Assembly: GCA_000004985.1 (NCBI GenBank)
Contig: GG738913.1
Direction: 5' to 3' (one strand)
Source of the DNA: Naegleria gruberi
Lineage: Eukaryota
DNA: 64,000 nucleotides
Shown: positions 43,359 through 57,000 of the stretch, piece after piece
How the letters are laid out: every line of letters starts with the position of its first letter
Numbering within the stretch: position 1 is the stretch's first letter
Notes under the pieces: generated by a model
The model's database searches: none
What the model saw: only the letters and a program-made list of their open reading frames with translations
What the model was told of the DNA's origin: nothing
Position numbers and translations under genes: made by a program

Positions 43359-46300
43359 ATGTCAGCACTCAAACAAGTTAAAATTGCTGCCTTGTTGCTC
43401 AATCTCTTAATTATTAGTTGGTGTTTGAATGTTTTTGGAGCGATTAATAGGTTTTCTGCAACTCCAAAGATATTCAATTTTGGTGGAGGAAATACAAGTA
43501 GGTTTCTATTGAGCTTTCGAATTGGAAACTAATATCAAAAAGTTGGTGATGGTTCGGATGCTAGTTTAGCTGTTTTGCAATCACCATTATCTCTATTTAC
43601 TGACTCTTATGAAAGTGGAGGTGATTTATTTATTGTAGAATCGAATAGAATAAGAAGAATCTTTTCCTCCAATAATACAATTGTAACCATAGCAGGAAAT
43701 GGATATTCTGGCTATACAGGAGAAGGATATCTTGCTCTTGAATCTAGATTATCCACTCCTAGTTCTGTTTTTGTTAAATCCAATGAAATTTACTTTACCA
43801 CATTGGACAGAATTAGAAAAATTGATTCTAAAGGTTATGTCACAACAATTACAGGAAATGGAATTCAACAATTAGGTCAGAATGGTGTATTTGCCAATAT
43901 TTCTTCGGTAAATATACCTTCCTCCTTGATAGTTTCAGATGAAAATGAAATATTCTTTGCTGACACTTTCAATTATCAAATTAGGAAAATATCTGATGGA
44001 ATTATTTCAACAATTTGTGGAATTGGAGAAAGTGGATATGGTGGAGATGATCCAATATTAGCCGTAGATTCTCCGATTGGATTAGTCACAGGAATGGCTT
44101 TAGATTTTGAAAATCGACTCCTCTATTATGTTGATTATGATAATAGACGAATCAAAATGATTAATCTCAATGATGAAATGCTCTATACACATGTTGGCGC
44201 AGGCTCCTTATTTGATGATAATGCTAATCGAAATGAAACTCAATTATCTTCTCCACACTCAATTGCCTTCTCATCCTATTCGGGTGCTCTCTATTATTCT
44301 GAAATTGCTAGTAATTACTCAGTGATTAGACGAGTTTATCAAGATGTGGTCAATACGGTGGTTGGTTCTGGAAATTCTGGTTTCTCTGCTGATGGATCCT
44401 TTGCTACTATTGCACAAATTAACAAACCAAAAAGTATTTGCATTACCAGTGATGAGGATATCATTTTCATTGACAGTGGAAATAACAGAATACGAAAGGT
44501 GCTTCACTCCAATGAAACTTTGATAACCATTTCTGGACAGAATACTTCCTTCAAAGCACCTTTCACAACTCCCATTCAATACTCTCAATTATACAATCCA
44601 ACGAGGATAAAACTATATGAGAACAAGACAATCATCACCGAATCAACAATTGTAAGACAAGTGGTGAATGGAGTAATTTCAATTGTAGCAGGTGTATATG
44701 GTAGCTTTGGAGTTGCACAAGAAGGTGCTTTGGCAACAAGCTCCTATTTGAGCTTTCCTAGAAGTGCTGCATTAGATCTTAATGGCAATATTCTCATAGC
44801 TGATTTCAATAATGGTAAAATCAAATTAATTACCAATAGCAAATCGTACACCTTTGCTGGAAGTAAGGCGACCTTTGGTCAAGAAAATGTGATTGGAACG
44901 GCCACAAGATTGTATAATGGATGTGGTTTCTCCTACTATAATGGAGAATTCTATTGGAATGATAGTGGAAATTGCAGAGTTCTCAAATTGGGAACTGATG
45001 GAATAGTTAGAAGAATTGCTGGCATAACAGGTATATGTGGCTTTTCAGGGGATGGTGGTTTGGCCACCAATGCTCTAATGGGAGTTTCATGGGGATTGAG
45101 TGTCTCACCAAGTGGTGATATTTATGTTGCTGAATCTATTAATTCTAGAATAAGAAAGATTTCGAATGGTATCATTACAACTGTTGCTGGAACATCAGTG
45201 GCTGGATACAATGGAGATGATATTGCTGCCACAAGTGCAAGCCTTAATGGCCCTCCTGCAGTCTTTGCTACCAGCACTGCATACTATTTGGCTGATGCTG
45301 GAAACCGTAGAGTTAGAAAAGTTTCATACAGCACTGGAATAATTACAACCATTGCTGGAAATGGAGCTAGTGGATCTTCTGAGGAGAATATTAATGCCAC
45401 AAGTGCAATTATTGGTACAAGCTCCCCAAGAGCTCTTTGGGTTAGCAATGACGATTCTGTCTATTATGCAGATGTTTCAAATGGAAAGACAAGAGTTGTA
45501 ACTAATGGAATAGTTTCGACCATCGCTGGAACTGGAGTGTTGGGCTATTCAGGAGATGGTGGTTTGGCAACCAATGCCAATTTTAGATGGATATATGGCT
45601 TGTGGATGGTTGGTTCTGACTTATATATTGCTGACAGTACTAATAATGTTATAAGAAAGCTGTCGAATAATATTGTAACCACAGTGGCAGGAACTGGAAA
45701 TGCTAACTTCAATGGAGATGGTATACCAGCTCTCTCTGCAAATATTAACACTGCCAATCAAGTAATTATTCATCCACAAACATCTGAAATGTTCATTCTC
45801 TCATCAGATAGAATCAGAAAGGTCAACACCAATGGCACCATTTCCACAGTGGTTGGAGGTATTGGTGATGGGGCTCAGGCCATATATGCACTCATTAATC
45901 CAACAGATATTCATGTCACCAATAATGGTACAATCTATCTCACAGATTCATTAAATCATTGCATTAGAATGATTACAAGTGATGGAGTTATTTCACTTGT
46001 TGCTGGTTCTTACTATGGTGGTTTTGGAGGTGATAATGGACCTGCTGCTAACGCTGTTTTGAATAGTCCAGAATCTCTATTTGTAAATTCGAAGGGTGAA
46101 ATTTACGTTTCAGATACAGTCAACCATCGAGTAAGAAAAATTGATTTGAATGGAACCATTACCACAGTTGCTGGGAGTGGTTTGGCTGGTTTCTATGGAG
46201 ATGGTGGATTGGCTACAAATGCTAAATTGAGTTATCCTATGGGAATTTACGTATCCAAAAATGGTGACATTTATATTGCTGATTATGGCAATCATAGAAT

Positions 46301-49300
46301 TCGAAAGGTTTTCAGTAATGGAACAATCACCACTATAGCTGGAACTGGAAGCATAAATTATAATGGAGATATTCAGGAGGCAACTTTAACAACTCTTAAT
46401 TCACCAAGAGGAGTTTACATGTCACCAAATGAAGATGAAATTTACATTGCCGATTCGGGAAATAACTTGATTAGAAAAATCAAACTTGATTGTCCATCAG
46501 ATTATGAATTGGACAAGAGATTGGGAGAGTGTGTGCAAATTGTCAAGTGTTTTGGTATTTTGGCCACCGACAACTCAGTTTGTTCTGGAAATGGACAATG
46601 TGTCGATGGAAGCTGTATCTGTAACAACCAAACCTTTACAGGGCCTAACTGCTCTAGTATCACTTGTTTTGGAAAAGTACCTTCAGATTTGATGGTTTGT
46701 AGTGGAAATGGTCAATGCGTTACAGCAAATAATTGCTCATGCCTTTCTGGTTATGTTGGGAATGAATGTCAAGCGAATCTGAATCCATTCTCCATCGAAT
46801 TGTTGAGAAATGAAACTATTTCCAATAATTATAGTTATCAGATTAAGGATAATGGATTGAATATGACAAATTATTATTGGACATGCCAGAATTGGGATCC
46901 AAATATTTCAATTTCAACAAGTGGAAGGAATGCATTCGTAACTTTCAGTTCAGCTTACTCTAAAGTGTATCTGTTGTCGGTTTATGCTTCAATTCCCAAT
47001 TTCAGCCCATATCCTCCAAGAATTTCGAATACTATCCTGTTCACTATTATTTCCCCTAATGTTACCATTCAGCCAAGTTTCAATCAAACAACCAATGAAA
47101 CTCTACAAAATAACCAGACAGTGAACTCAAACCAAACAACAAACAATTCATCCATTCCCGTTCAAAATAATCAAACAATAGCAAACGAAACATCCACTAA
47201 TTCAAACAGTACTGATACCAAAAGCGTTAATATTTCAGGAAAGTTGGGAGTTTTTGGTCTTCCCTCGGTTTTGGTTTCAAAACAGATTGACGTTTCAGCA
47301 GTAATTTCTAATATTTCACTGAACCAAACTTCTATCAATTCGTTCCTATCATGCACTCCTAATTGTACATTAAAAATTTCATATGAATGGAAAATCAATA
47401 TTGATAACAACCAAGCAGCCAATCAAACTGGTTTTACCACTTCCATTTCTTTAGGTAATAATTTGATGAGCTTTAATCCACCAATTCAAATCCAATTCAG
47501 TACAAGTAATGTAAAAGGAGAGAAATTCACACTTTCCCTTGCCCTTTTTTCAAACAATGGAAATATTTCATCGAGTACAAGTATGGATATCGTTACCCCA
47601 GTCCAACCACCAACAGCATCTAATTCCACAACTTCAAAATCATCAAATTATTTAATGAGTGTCAATCCAGAGAAGGGAGTTGCCCTGAGTGACTCATTTT
47701 CAGTTAGTGTCGCATCATGGAATGCACCATCACAAATTCTTCCTCTCAAATATGCTATTGGATTTGTTTCTAATGGAAAGGACGTGAGATTTACAGATTA
47801 TGCACAAACTACTTTGTTCAATATTTACCTTCCTTACTTGATCCAACAATCCAGGGGTCAAGTTTCAGAAATTCAACTCTATCTCTATGTTATGGATGCA
47901 ATTGGAAATGTTGTAACATCTCCAACTGGACTCTCCATTTCAGTTTCTCCTTTTAATGGAACTTCTAGTGAATTGGTCCAAAAAATCAACGAGCTTGGCA
48001 CTACTTCACTAGTAGTTGCATCCTATGATAAATCCTATACAGTTCTCTCAAGTAGTGGAGGAAATTCAAGTGAGTTAGTGTATGAAATTGTGAAAAATAT
48101 TCAAATTGATCCAAAGAATCCAGAAACTGCCCTCACATCCATCACCAGTCTTACATCCACTACGAGTGTAATTAATGAAAATATTGTGAGTGAAGTAGCA
48201 AGTAAGATCACCTCGTTTGTTGATAATGTGAAAGATATCTATGCATACGAAAAGAGAGTATATGGATTTGTCAAAAGCAAGGTTTCACCTGACAATATTC
48301 TCTCTACTGTGACTATTACTTCCAACCTATTAGCAAGTGGAGTTGATAGCGAGAAAACTGTTGGCGTAGTTGATAATGTTGCCTCAATGGTATTGTTAGC
48401 AGAAATTCCAAAACTTCTCACAAGCTCTGAAAAGCTCCAATACATCTCATTCACAACTGGTATGGTGAATATTACAGTTTCTAGTTTCAAGATGACCTCT
48501 CCAATAGAGGGTAATCAACTAATCGAGGAGGAGAACAATAAGGTATCTGCAAATTTGACAAGTATCATGATGGAATATGGAACCTTAAATAAGGAGTGTG
48601 GTCTATCGATGGTCTCCTACACAAAGAACATGAAGTTTGACAATTACACATCAAATACTATTCATGCTTCGAGTATTAACGATTTCAAATTCATTCAAGA
48701 GCAAAATATTGTACGACTCGATAATCTCGAGCATCCAATTGTGCTATCATTCAAATTATCTCATATTCCACAACAAAACAGTTCAGTAAATTCCACATTC
48801 TCCTGCAGATATTGGGATGAAACTAATAAGATATGGAGCGATAGAGGTTGTCAACTTTCCAATATTGACCTGAATGCTGGCACAGTAGAATGTTCATGCA
48901 GCCATACTACAATGTTCACAACATTTGTAGAACAAAAGACTACCAGTATTATGATAGCAATGAAAGAAGAAGTTGCAACATTATATTTTGTACAAATAGC
49001 TCTTGGTGCTGTTTATACTATTGTTGCTTTGGTAATTATTACTGGTTTGATAATATTGAGAAAGGAGCAACCAGTAACAAGTAGACTTATCACCCCATAT
49101 GTAGGAATGGTGGCTCTCATTGCAGAGAGTGTGTTGATTTACATTGTCCAAAGAAGTGTCCTTGTGAGTCAGCTCCTTTCCACAACAGATCCCAAAGTAT
49201 GGGAAGTTGGTGATAATGCTGCCAATATTATTGCAAACAGTGTTGCCATTGTTGTGAATACTTTGAATTTGACTGCTACATTGTGCTATGTGATGCAAGT

Positions 49301-50732
49301 TTCCAGATTCCAATTCCTTAAACATTTGTACAAGCTCTTGTCCGATAATAGATCAGATATGGCAAAGAATGCCAAGATTTTGAAAGTCCTCAAATTGATA
49401 ACCTCTCAGAAAATATTCTTTTCAATTATTGCAATCTTTGCCGTGTTGAATGTTTGTTTCTGGACTCTTTGGGTTGTTCTAGTAAGGACACAAGTCATTG
49501 ATGCCTCTACCTATACCTATATTGTATCATCTTGTTACATTACTTGTATTCTCTTCTTTGGAGCAGTTATTTGCATTGTAGCCATTGCTGATTGGATTAT
49601 TTCCACCAAGAAACACGTAACAGCAGGTCAGGAAAGAAAGAGAAAGACTGTCAGTTTCACCACTCTCAGCTCTGAACCACGAGAATCCATCAAGAAGCGA
49701 CTCTTCTCTCCAAAACAACTCTACGAATGGTTAATTCAAGTTGATGAACCACTCTATTTCCGATTCGAAATGCTCCTCTACATGATTTGCTTTGTCTTCC
49801 AAGTGTTAAATCTTGCCATTGGCTCCTCCAGTCTTTCCTACCGATATGCTGACTTGGATTCATACAAGAAAGCACTTGCTCTCGATGGAATCTCCTTCAT
49901 CTTTGAAGTACTCTATGTGGTGAGTTACTTGTTTGTGTTTGGTGGTTTTGCTCTCTTGATTGCCATATTGTACAAGTACAAGAAGAAGAAACAACATGAT
50001 GAAGCCTCTACTTTTCTCATCAACAAATTGAATGGTGGCAACAATAACAAGGTCGACGAAGGAATCATGAGTGAGGAGATGAGGGATGTGCTAGATAAGA
50101 ACGAAGGCTATCTATTATTCGAAGCCTTCTGTGAGAAGGAATTCTCTCTAGAAAACCTCTACTTGTACTCTGACTTGAAAGCCAATGAAACCATCACCAA
50201 AGGAAGACAATTCACCAACCTAACAACCTTCATGAGATTCATCTTTAATAACTACATCCGAACAGGAAGCACCACAGAAGTGAATATACCAGCCAAGTGT
50301 AGGAATAACTTTTTACTTGTCTATAAGAATGTAGCATCAAGTAGTGAACATATGCAACAACAATTGGGAATTGCTGAGAAGGTGAGTAGGAGTGAGGTGG
50401 AAAGACTCGATAGGAATCTACAGGTGGTTATCAAGAATGATCAAGTAGCTACTTTATCAACTAAAACAACAACTACAACTTCTACTAATGAACAACAACA
50501 ACAAGAAGGAAATATCAAATCTTCATCGCCAGTAGCTGCTGTAGAAAATGTTGATCATGTGGTGGAGGGTGTTGTTTCTGCCTTTGAATTCCTCTACAAG
50601 CAAACATTGGTTAATTTGGGTGATACCTTCTCTCGATTTGTCTTTACGAGTGAATACAAGGAATATTTGGCTTCATTGGAGGCTCAGAAGGTTGTTACGG
50701 TGGAAATTATTGCTGCCTACGGAGATGTTTAA
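43359..50732 (+). CDS. giant secreted multidomain receptor: signal peptide, about 20 NHL repeats, 2 EGF-like modules, S/T/N-rich stalk, GPS/GAIN-like motif, 7TM, cytoplasmic RGS domain; join(43359..43497,43543..50732)
   Basis: Exon 1 MSALKQVKIAALLLNLLIISWCLNVFGA... is joined through a 45-nt GTAGGT..AAAAG intron, phase 1. NHL-type repeats (TIAGTGxxGYSGDGGLATNA...P.G....G..YIAD..N..IRK). EGF-like CSGNGQCVDGSCICNNQTFTGPNC and CSGNGQCVTANNCSCLSGYVGNEC. GPS-like CRYWDETNKIWSDRGCQLSNIDLNAGTVECSCSHTTMFTTF. Seven hydrophobic helices at 48960..49990. RGS signature FEAFCEKEFSLENLYLYSDLKANE. Confidence 0.85.
43498..43542 (+). other. spliceosomal intron (45 nt, GTAGGT...AAAAG) after the signal-peptide exon
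   Basis: ...GGGNTS(I) | GDGSDASLAVLQSP. Phase-1 junction; removes the in-frame TAA. Confidence 0.7.
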
Positions 50733-51003
50733 TCATGTTGTTTGTCATTATGTGATGAAAAGCCTTGAAAAATTTGAGATGAAGATTTTCAGACCATTTT
50801 TTGTGAAAATAAAATTTTTATTATTGTTTTAAATTTGATGTAACGGATTAATTAATCTGTATTACAAAATCTTGACAATTTCAAAGCAAGTAGGCCAATT
50901 ATGTTTCCATTTAGGAAATTCAAGGAAAATTGTACATTCTAATTTTCCGAAATTAATTCGACGCCATACTAAAGACAAGCTCTAAAATGGTGATGGAAAT
51001 TTC

Positions 51004-51351
51004 ATGCATTCTATTCAAATCATTTGTTTGGCCATATTGAAAAAAATGCATTTAAATCTCTTGAGTGTTTCAGTTCCTTTGATTTGTGGTCTTTTATCGT
51101 TTGTTTTATTTCCTGTAACATCTGACAGTTTGAAACCCTTCTTGATAATTGGAATATTGCAGTGTTTTGCATTTGTAGCTTTGTTTGTGGTTGATGTAGT
51201 AACTTGTTTTTGGAAGGATTTTGTGTTGGTTGGATTTATTTTTGCAGTGGGACTTGCTTTGTTTTATAGAAATGATATTTGTTTGATGAGTGACAGGAAT
51301 GCATTGCTTTCGGGATGGTGTCATATTTGTCTTTCTCAAGGATTTTACTAG
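51004..51351 (+). CDS. possible small multi-TM membrane protein (low confidence)
   Basis: 115-aa ATG ORF consisting almost entirely of hydrophobic helices. No homology recognised. Could be spurious. Confidence 0.25.
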   Translation: MHSIQIICLAILKKMHLNLLSVSVPLICGLLSFVLFPVTSDSLKPFLIIGILQCFAFVALFVVDVVTCFWKDFVLVGFIFAVGLALFYRNDICLMSDRNALLSGWCHICLSQGFY

Positions 51352-51417
51352 AAATATTTCAATATTCCTTGATGGATTAATTAATGCTAGAAATTATTTA
51401 TTGAAATATTGAAGAAA

Positions 51418-52825
51418 TTATTGAGCTGGTTTATTTGATCTTAGAGGAGACTTGGAAGCTGTAGTTGTCTTTCTAACACCCAAAACTGAGGAAGGTGTTG
51501 AACCAGTTGATCTCTTTGTTGGTGAGCTTGCTTTGGTTGTTGTAGTTGTTGTCGAAGACTTTTTAGTTGGAGAAGAGGATGGTGACCTAGTGACTGATGT
51601 TGGTTTCTTTACTCCCAAACTTGAGGATGGAGTTGTTGTAGTTCTTGTTTTGGTTGGTGAGACAGATTTGGTGACTGTTTTAGAGACTGTTGGTTGACTT
51701 GATACAGTTGTGGTAGGCTTGGTTGTTGCAGTAGTTGACGAACAAGAGCTACCTTCCTTTGCAATTAAATTCTTAATTGCTGTTTCCAATTCCTTTTGGC
51801 TAAATCCTTCAAGACGCTTTGATTCCTTTCCATGGTGGAAGAGCTTGAACGTTGGTAAGCAGCTAATACGTTCCTTAGAAGTGATAGAGTAGAGTTTTGA
51901 TGTATCTACTTTGATAAATTTAACTTTTTGATTACTGAAAGCTAATTTGCTGTATGGAGTTGCACAAGCAACACAAGCTCCACAATTATCTCCATAATAA
52001 TCTGCAACAACTAGAGAATTATCCTTGAGTACGTGATTATATTCCTCCTCACTCTTGACATAGGTAACAAATTCATCACTCGATCCAGCCAACATGTCCT
52101 TCTTCAAATATTCCTCAGATGGAGAATCAAAGTGTAATAAGCATTCCTCCATTTCATAAGAAGATCCACCAATTACAGTTTCCTTCATTTTTCCATTGTA
52201 GAAAAAGACAAATGTTGGCATTGCATGAACATCACATTTAGACATGATCTTTCTATGTTCATCCACATTGACTTTCATAAAGGTGACATCTGTATGTTTG
52301 GCAGCTAAACTCTCAACATATGGAGTGATAGCCTTACAAGGACTATTAAAGGTACATTAATAAAAAGGAAAGTCAAACAGAAACATACCCACACCAATCA
52401 GCATAGAAATCAACTACAACTTTGGTTTTAGATTTGATTGTATCATCAAAATCTTTTTCCTTAACAATATGAAGGATTCCATTTTCGTAAAATGGTGGTT
52501 CAAGTTGCTTTGCTAACATGTCAGCATTTCTTGATACAATGGATTCACAAAGACCATCCAACTTTTGAACAACTTCTCCTTGGGAAATAAAGAGAAAGGT
52601 CGGAAGACACTTGGCTCCATATTCATCAGCAATGCCACTAAAATTATTAATATCCACCTTAGCAAAATTAACCTTTGGTTTTTCAGAGGCCAATCCCTCA
52701 TAATTAGCATCATAGTCTCTGCAAACACCACAATAAGGTGATGAAAAGTAAACTACAACTGATGGATTTTTAGCGATCAAACTACGAAACTCTTCTTCGG
52801 ATTGAATCTTTGTAAAATTGGTCAT
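51418..52825 (-). CDS. three-thioredoxin-domain (PDI-like) protein with Ser/Thr/Pro-rich C-terminal tail; complement(join(51418..52342,52389..52825))
   Basis: Domain 1 FSSPYCGVCRDY. Domain 2 active site WCG | PCK is reconstituted only by removing a 46-nt GTATGT...TAG intron (52343..52388); without splicing, ORF 1 ends DWCGYVSV*. Domain 3 DNCGACVACATPYSKL. The 100-aa T/S/P-rich tail is mucin-like. ATG at 52825 in an A-rich context; no signal peptide from that start. Confidence 0.8.
52343..52388 (-). other. spliceosomal intron (46 nt, GTATGT...AATAG) splitting the WCGPCK thioredoxin active site
   Basis: tgg tgt gg | gtatgtttctg...ctttaatag | t cct tgt aag. Confidence 0.85.
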
Positions 52826-53140
52826 TTCTATTGATTTATTACTCTCTATAGATTTTAATATACAACAATGCAGTATTAGAAAAAAGATCAAAAAATCGTT
52901 CCTTCCAATGTCTTGCTATTTTTTTTGATGATTAAGGGGAGATAAGGCTCAGAGAGAATGAACTTTAAAATTTACAGAAAAAAAAAGTTCATCTCATCAT
53001 TCGCCATCATCATTAATTTATTCATTTATTTTAATTATAAATGATGAAGTAATAATATTAGTTTTTATGATCGGGATGTATTGGAATTTATTTGCTTAAT
53101 GAGATTATTTACAATAAGAGTAGTAACTTTTCTCTTGAAT

Positions 53141-53728
53141 TTAAACTTGTTGATTTTGTTGAAGAGTTGGATAATGAACACCAATTGGATTGGTTGTGTT
53201 ATAAACAACAGGAACTTGAGTAATGTATTGAGAAGGCATGACTTCTTCCTCTCTCAACATTTGATGAGAGTCTTGCTTTTGAATTGTAATGGAATATCCC
53301 TTCTTCTTCAAAATGATAAAAGTAATTCCAGCTCCACAGGCAAATGTCAAGGAAATCATTGAAATGAGACAACCCAAGAATGTGAAAATCATACCGAATG
53401 GGAATCCACGACGACGACCACGTTGATTTGATTCTCCATCACGATTGTTGTTATCATTATTTTGGTCTTGAGCTGATTCAGGATGCTTATTTCCTTGTTG
53501 TTGACCTTGTTGCTTTCCATCTTGTTGTTTCTTTGGTGGTTTGTTTTGATGGTTTGGAGGCATATTCTTATTAGAATCAGAACCAGATTGTTCATCAGGT
53601 CTTGGTGGCTTACCACCAGAAGGCATTGGTGGTCTTGGTTTGTTATTAGAATCTTGATTTTCTTGAGCGAAAGCAAAAGTCAAAATGAGCAAGAATGCAA
53701 TAGCAAGGAGAAGAAATTGTCTAGACAT
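53141..53728 (-). CDS. hypothetical type I membrane protein with P/Q/N-rich low-complexity ectodomain
   Basis: Signal peptide MSRQFLLLAIAFLLILTFAFA. PRPPMPSGGKPPRP ... QQDGKQQGQQQGNK. TM FGMIFTFLGCLISMISLTFACGAGITFIIL. Confidence 0.45.
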   Translation of the reverse strand: MSRQFLLLAIAFLLILTFAFAQENQDSNNKPRPPMPSGGKPPRPDEQSGSDSNKNMPPNHQNKPPKKQQDGKQQGQQQGNKHPESAQDQNNDNNNRDGESNQRGRRRGFPFGMIFTFLGCLISMISLTFACGAGITFIILKKKGYSITIQKQDSHQMLREEEVMPSQYITQVPVVYNTTNPIGVHYPTLQQNQQV

Positions 53729-54052
53729 GTTGTTGATTCTTTTTGTTTTGTTGATTGAAAGATATTACATGTTCAGATTTTGAATTTATAGCTCTGAAAT
53801 TGGAACTGCTCGTCCGAACTGTCACCAAATGTCACTTCGTTCCAAATAGATGAAGTACTTTGGATTGCGGATTTAGAGTTCCTGTGAATGTTCCATTCAG
53901 TGGAAGATGTTCAGTTGATGAAATAGTTGTTCCTCCTCCAGATTTCAATAAATTTTATATTTTATTTATTATTTTGATGGATGGCAATAACGAAATAGTT
54001 GAATGAAGTAAGGGAATTGTAAATGGGTTAAAGTTTTATTTTATTATGTACA

Positions 54053-57000
54053 TTATTTATCATTACTTGGACTGACAGGAGTGGCAGCAGTGACACCAAT
54101 AGAACCAAAGCCACCAACATCAATCTTCAAGAAGGATTTACTCTTCTTATCGTCATTTTCCAATCTCTTTTCAATCCATCCAATAATTTCAGTATTATCA
54201 CTTTGAATGGCAAGTTGTAAAGCTTGTTCAAGTGAGACAGCTCCAATTTCACACAAATACTTGACAACATTCAATTGAACACGTTTGATGGCCATTTCCA
54301 AAGGTGAAACTCCATTCAATGTCTTGATAGCACTAATGTCAACTTTCAATGGTGAATCAGCTGCTGGAGCGAATTTACCATGGTAATTTCCATTTTCAAC
54401 TAATAATTTAACAACGTTTGGATGTCCATAACCAGCTGCAAAGTGGAGTGGAGTCAATTGTTTGTCTTCTCTTGTGTTGATGACTACTGAACAGTCACAA
54501 CCCTTTTCAATGAGATATTGAGCACAGTCAACTCTGCCACTGATAGCACACAAGATAATTGGTCTCATTTGCAAGTCGTGTCTAGATTGATCAACTGAAA
54601 CATTGTACTTTTCAACAAGCAACTTGACAGCATCCAAATTACCATTCTTAGTAGCAGCATGAATTGGTGGATAGGAATTTTCAGTGTACGATTCTTCATA
54701 ACTTCCACAAGGATCCAATTTAACTTCATCAATCAAATATTCAATAACACTGACATTTCCTCCATAAGCAGCAGCTGAAAGAATTGTTTCGGCTCCCTCT
54801 GTAACAGCACCACTGTTAGCACCCTTTTCAATGAGCTTCTTGACAAGCTCAACTTGAGAATTTTGAGCAGCAAAATAAAGTAATGATTGACCCAAACTAT
54901 TGGAGAAGTTCAAAATGTTTTCCTCAGATGGGTTTTCAAGAGCTGTTTGAACAATCTTGGCACCGACGTGTCCTGGCAAATCCTTACATTGAACAGCAAG
55001 GAAAATTGGTAAATCCTTTCCACCAGAACGCTTTTGACAGTCAACTCCATGGTCAACCAAGAAAGAAGCAGCAGGTGGGCAGTGCAACATGCAATTGTGG
55101 AGAGCAGTATATTCTACAGAGTCAGCAGCACGTTTTTCACTTTCATTGACAAGATTGGTCAATTCTTCACTTGTCAACAAGTTAGCATTCAAAATTAATG
55201 GAATGGCATTCATGTTCTTTGCTCTGATAGCCAAATGCAAGAAGGTTGATGAAGAGTGCATTCCAGAAACAGTGCTACCAATATCGAAACGAGAGAGGGC
55301 AAACTTTGGAACTTTGGAGAAGAGAGTCTTCAAGATGACTTGACATTTTTCCAAACAGAATTCATCATGGAATTGAATTCCAGAAATTACAAATTCAATC
55401 AAGAGATTTCTCAAATTTTCCTTCACTTCACCATCAGAATTATCATCAGATGGTGGAGCAATGAATTCAGAAGCCAATTCTTGTAAGTGGGTTTCAATGG
55501 CTTCAGTAGTGACCAATCCAATAGATCCTGTTTGAGTATTATCACCAATGATACTCTTTCCAATTGAAAGCCACTTGGTCACGAGTGGATTATTATTAAT
55601 GGTGAAGAGAACAGATTGATTTGCTGTTGAGCTAGTTGGAGCCAATGGATTGGAAGGTGCATTCTTGTAACCTGGAGTGGCTAATCTTTCATTGAAAGAG
55701 TTCAACAAGGTAGCATTCATCAACTTTCTAGTATTTGAACCAATCAATGAAACCAACATTGCAAATGGACTCATCTTGCCATACTTTTTCAATTCTTCCA
55801 ATTTAATATTACCATACTTGGAAGCTTCACTTTCTGTAATCTTGTCAACATTTCGTTTAGTTCTAAAGAACAAATTACCACCTCCTCTCTTGAGCAAAAT
55901 CTCCAACATTCTTCCATTTTGATTGTAAATGGCATAGTGCATTGGTGTCCAACCAGCATCATTCTCAACATCAACTTGAGCATCTTCATAAACCAATTTT
56001 GTAACCAAATCAAATTCATTTTCACGAGCACACAAATTCAATGCAGTAAATCCACCATTCTTATCAATTTGATTAATGTTAATCTTACTTTCCTTCTTCT
56101 TTTCCAAGATCATACTCAATAATTCTTCACGTGGTTTCAATTGACCTCCAGAACGTGGTGAAATGCCACGAGGAGACATTCCTCCAGATCTAGGTGAAAT
56201 GGATGAACTAAATTCAGCTGTACCAGAAGTATTTAAACTCAATCCAGGAATATCACTTGCAAGTGTTGAGCTAGCAGTTGCTGTCGAAGAATTTTTACTG
56301 TCAGCAAGTGTCAAATCTCTTGAAATGGCAATGAAATGCAAAGCAGTTTGATCCAAACGATTCTTCTTATTAAAATCAACCCCATTATCCAACAAGAACT
56401 TGGTCAATTTCAAATCCTGATTCTTCACAGCAATATGCAATAAAGAATCCTTGTCAACATAACCCATTTGTGTCAATTGTCTAATTTCTTCACTTGTCAA
56501 ATATTGTTCATCTTCTTCATCATCTGATAAATCTTCTTCTCTCAATCCAGGAGCAATTGTCATTCCTCTTGATGAAGGAGTTTTTGGAGTATCTTCTTTC
56601 GAATAATGTAAATAAGCTAATTTCGAATATTCTCCATTACCAATCAAACTACGAACGTCAGTAAAGGAATGTTGTTCGATCAATTTTACAACTTTGAGAT
56701 GAAGTTGAGTTTGAGAAGATTTCAATTCGTCAATTACGTTTTCAATGGCGTTCATCCATTCTTTACGTTGTTCTTGATTTTCGGCTGAGAACCAATAGGT
56801 GAAAGTGGTTGGGGAGTCTTCAGATTGGTTATTTGATCCTTCCTCATTGGAAGGAGCTGTTGTTTTTAAACCAAAGGTGTTTTCTATTGTTATTCGAAAG
56901 TAAAATTAATATTCGAAAAAAGGTAAAATGATCGAATAATGTGATGATTACTTACGGAAACCTTTGTGATTTTCAATATCTACAATAGTAGAAAAACGAG

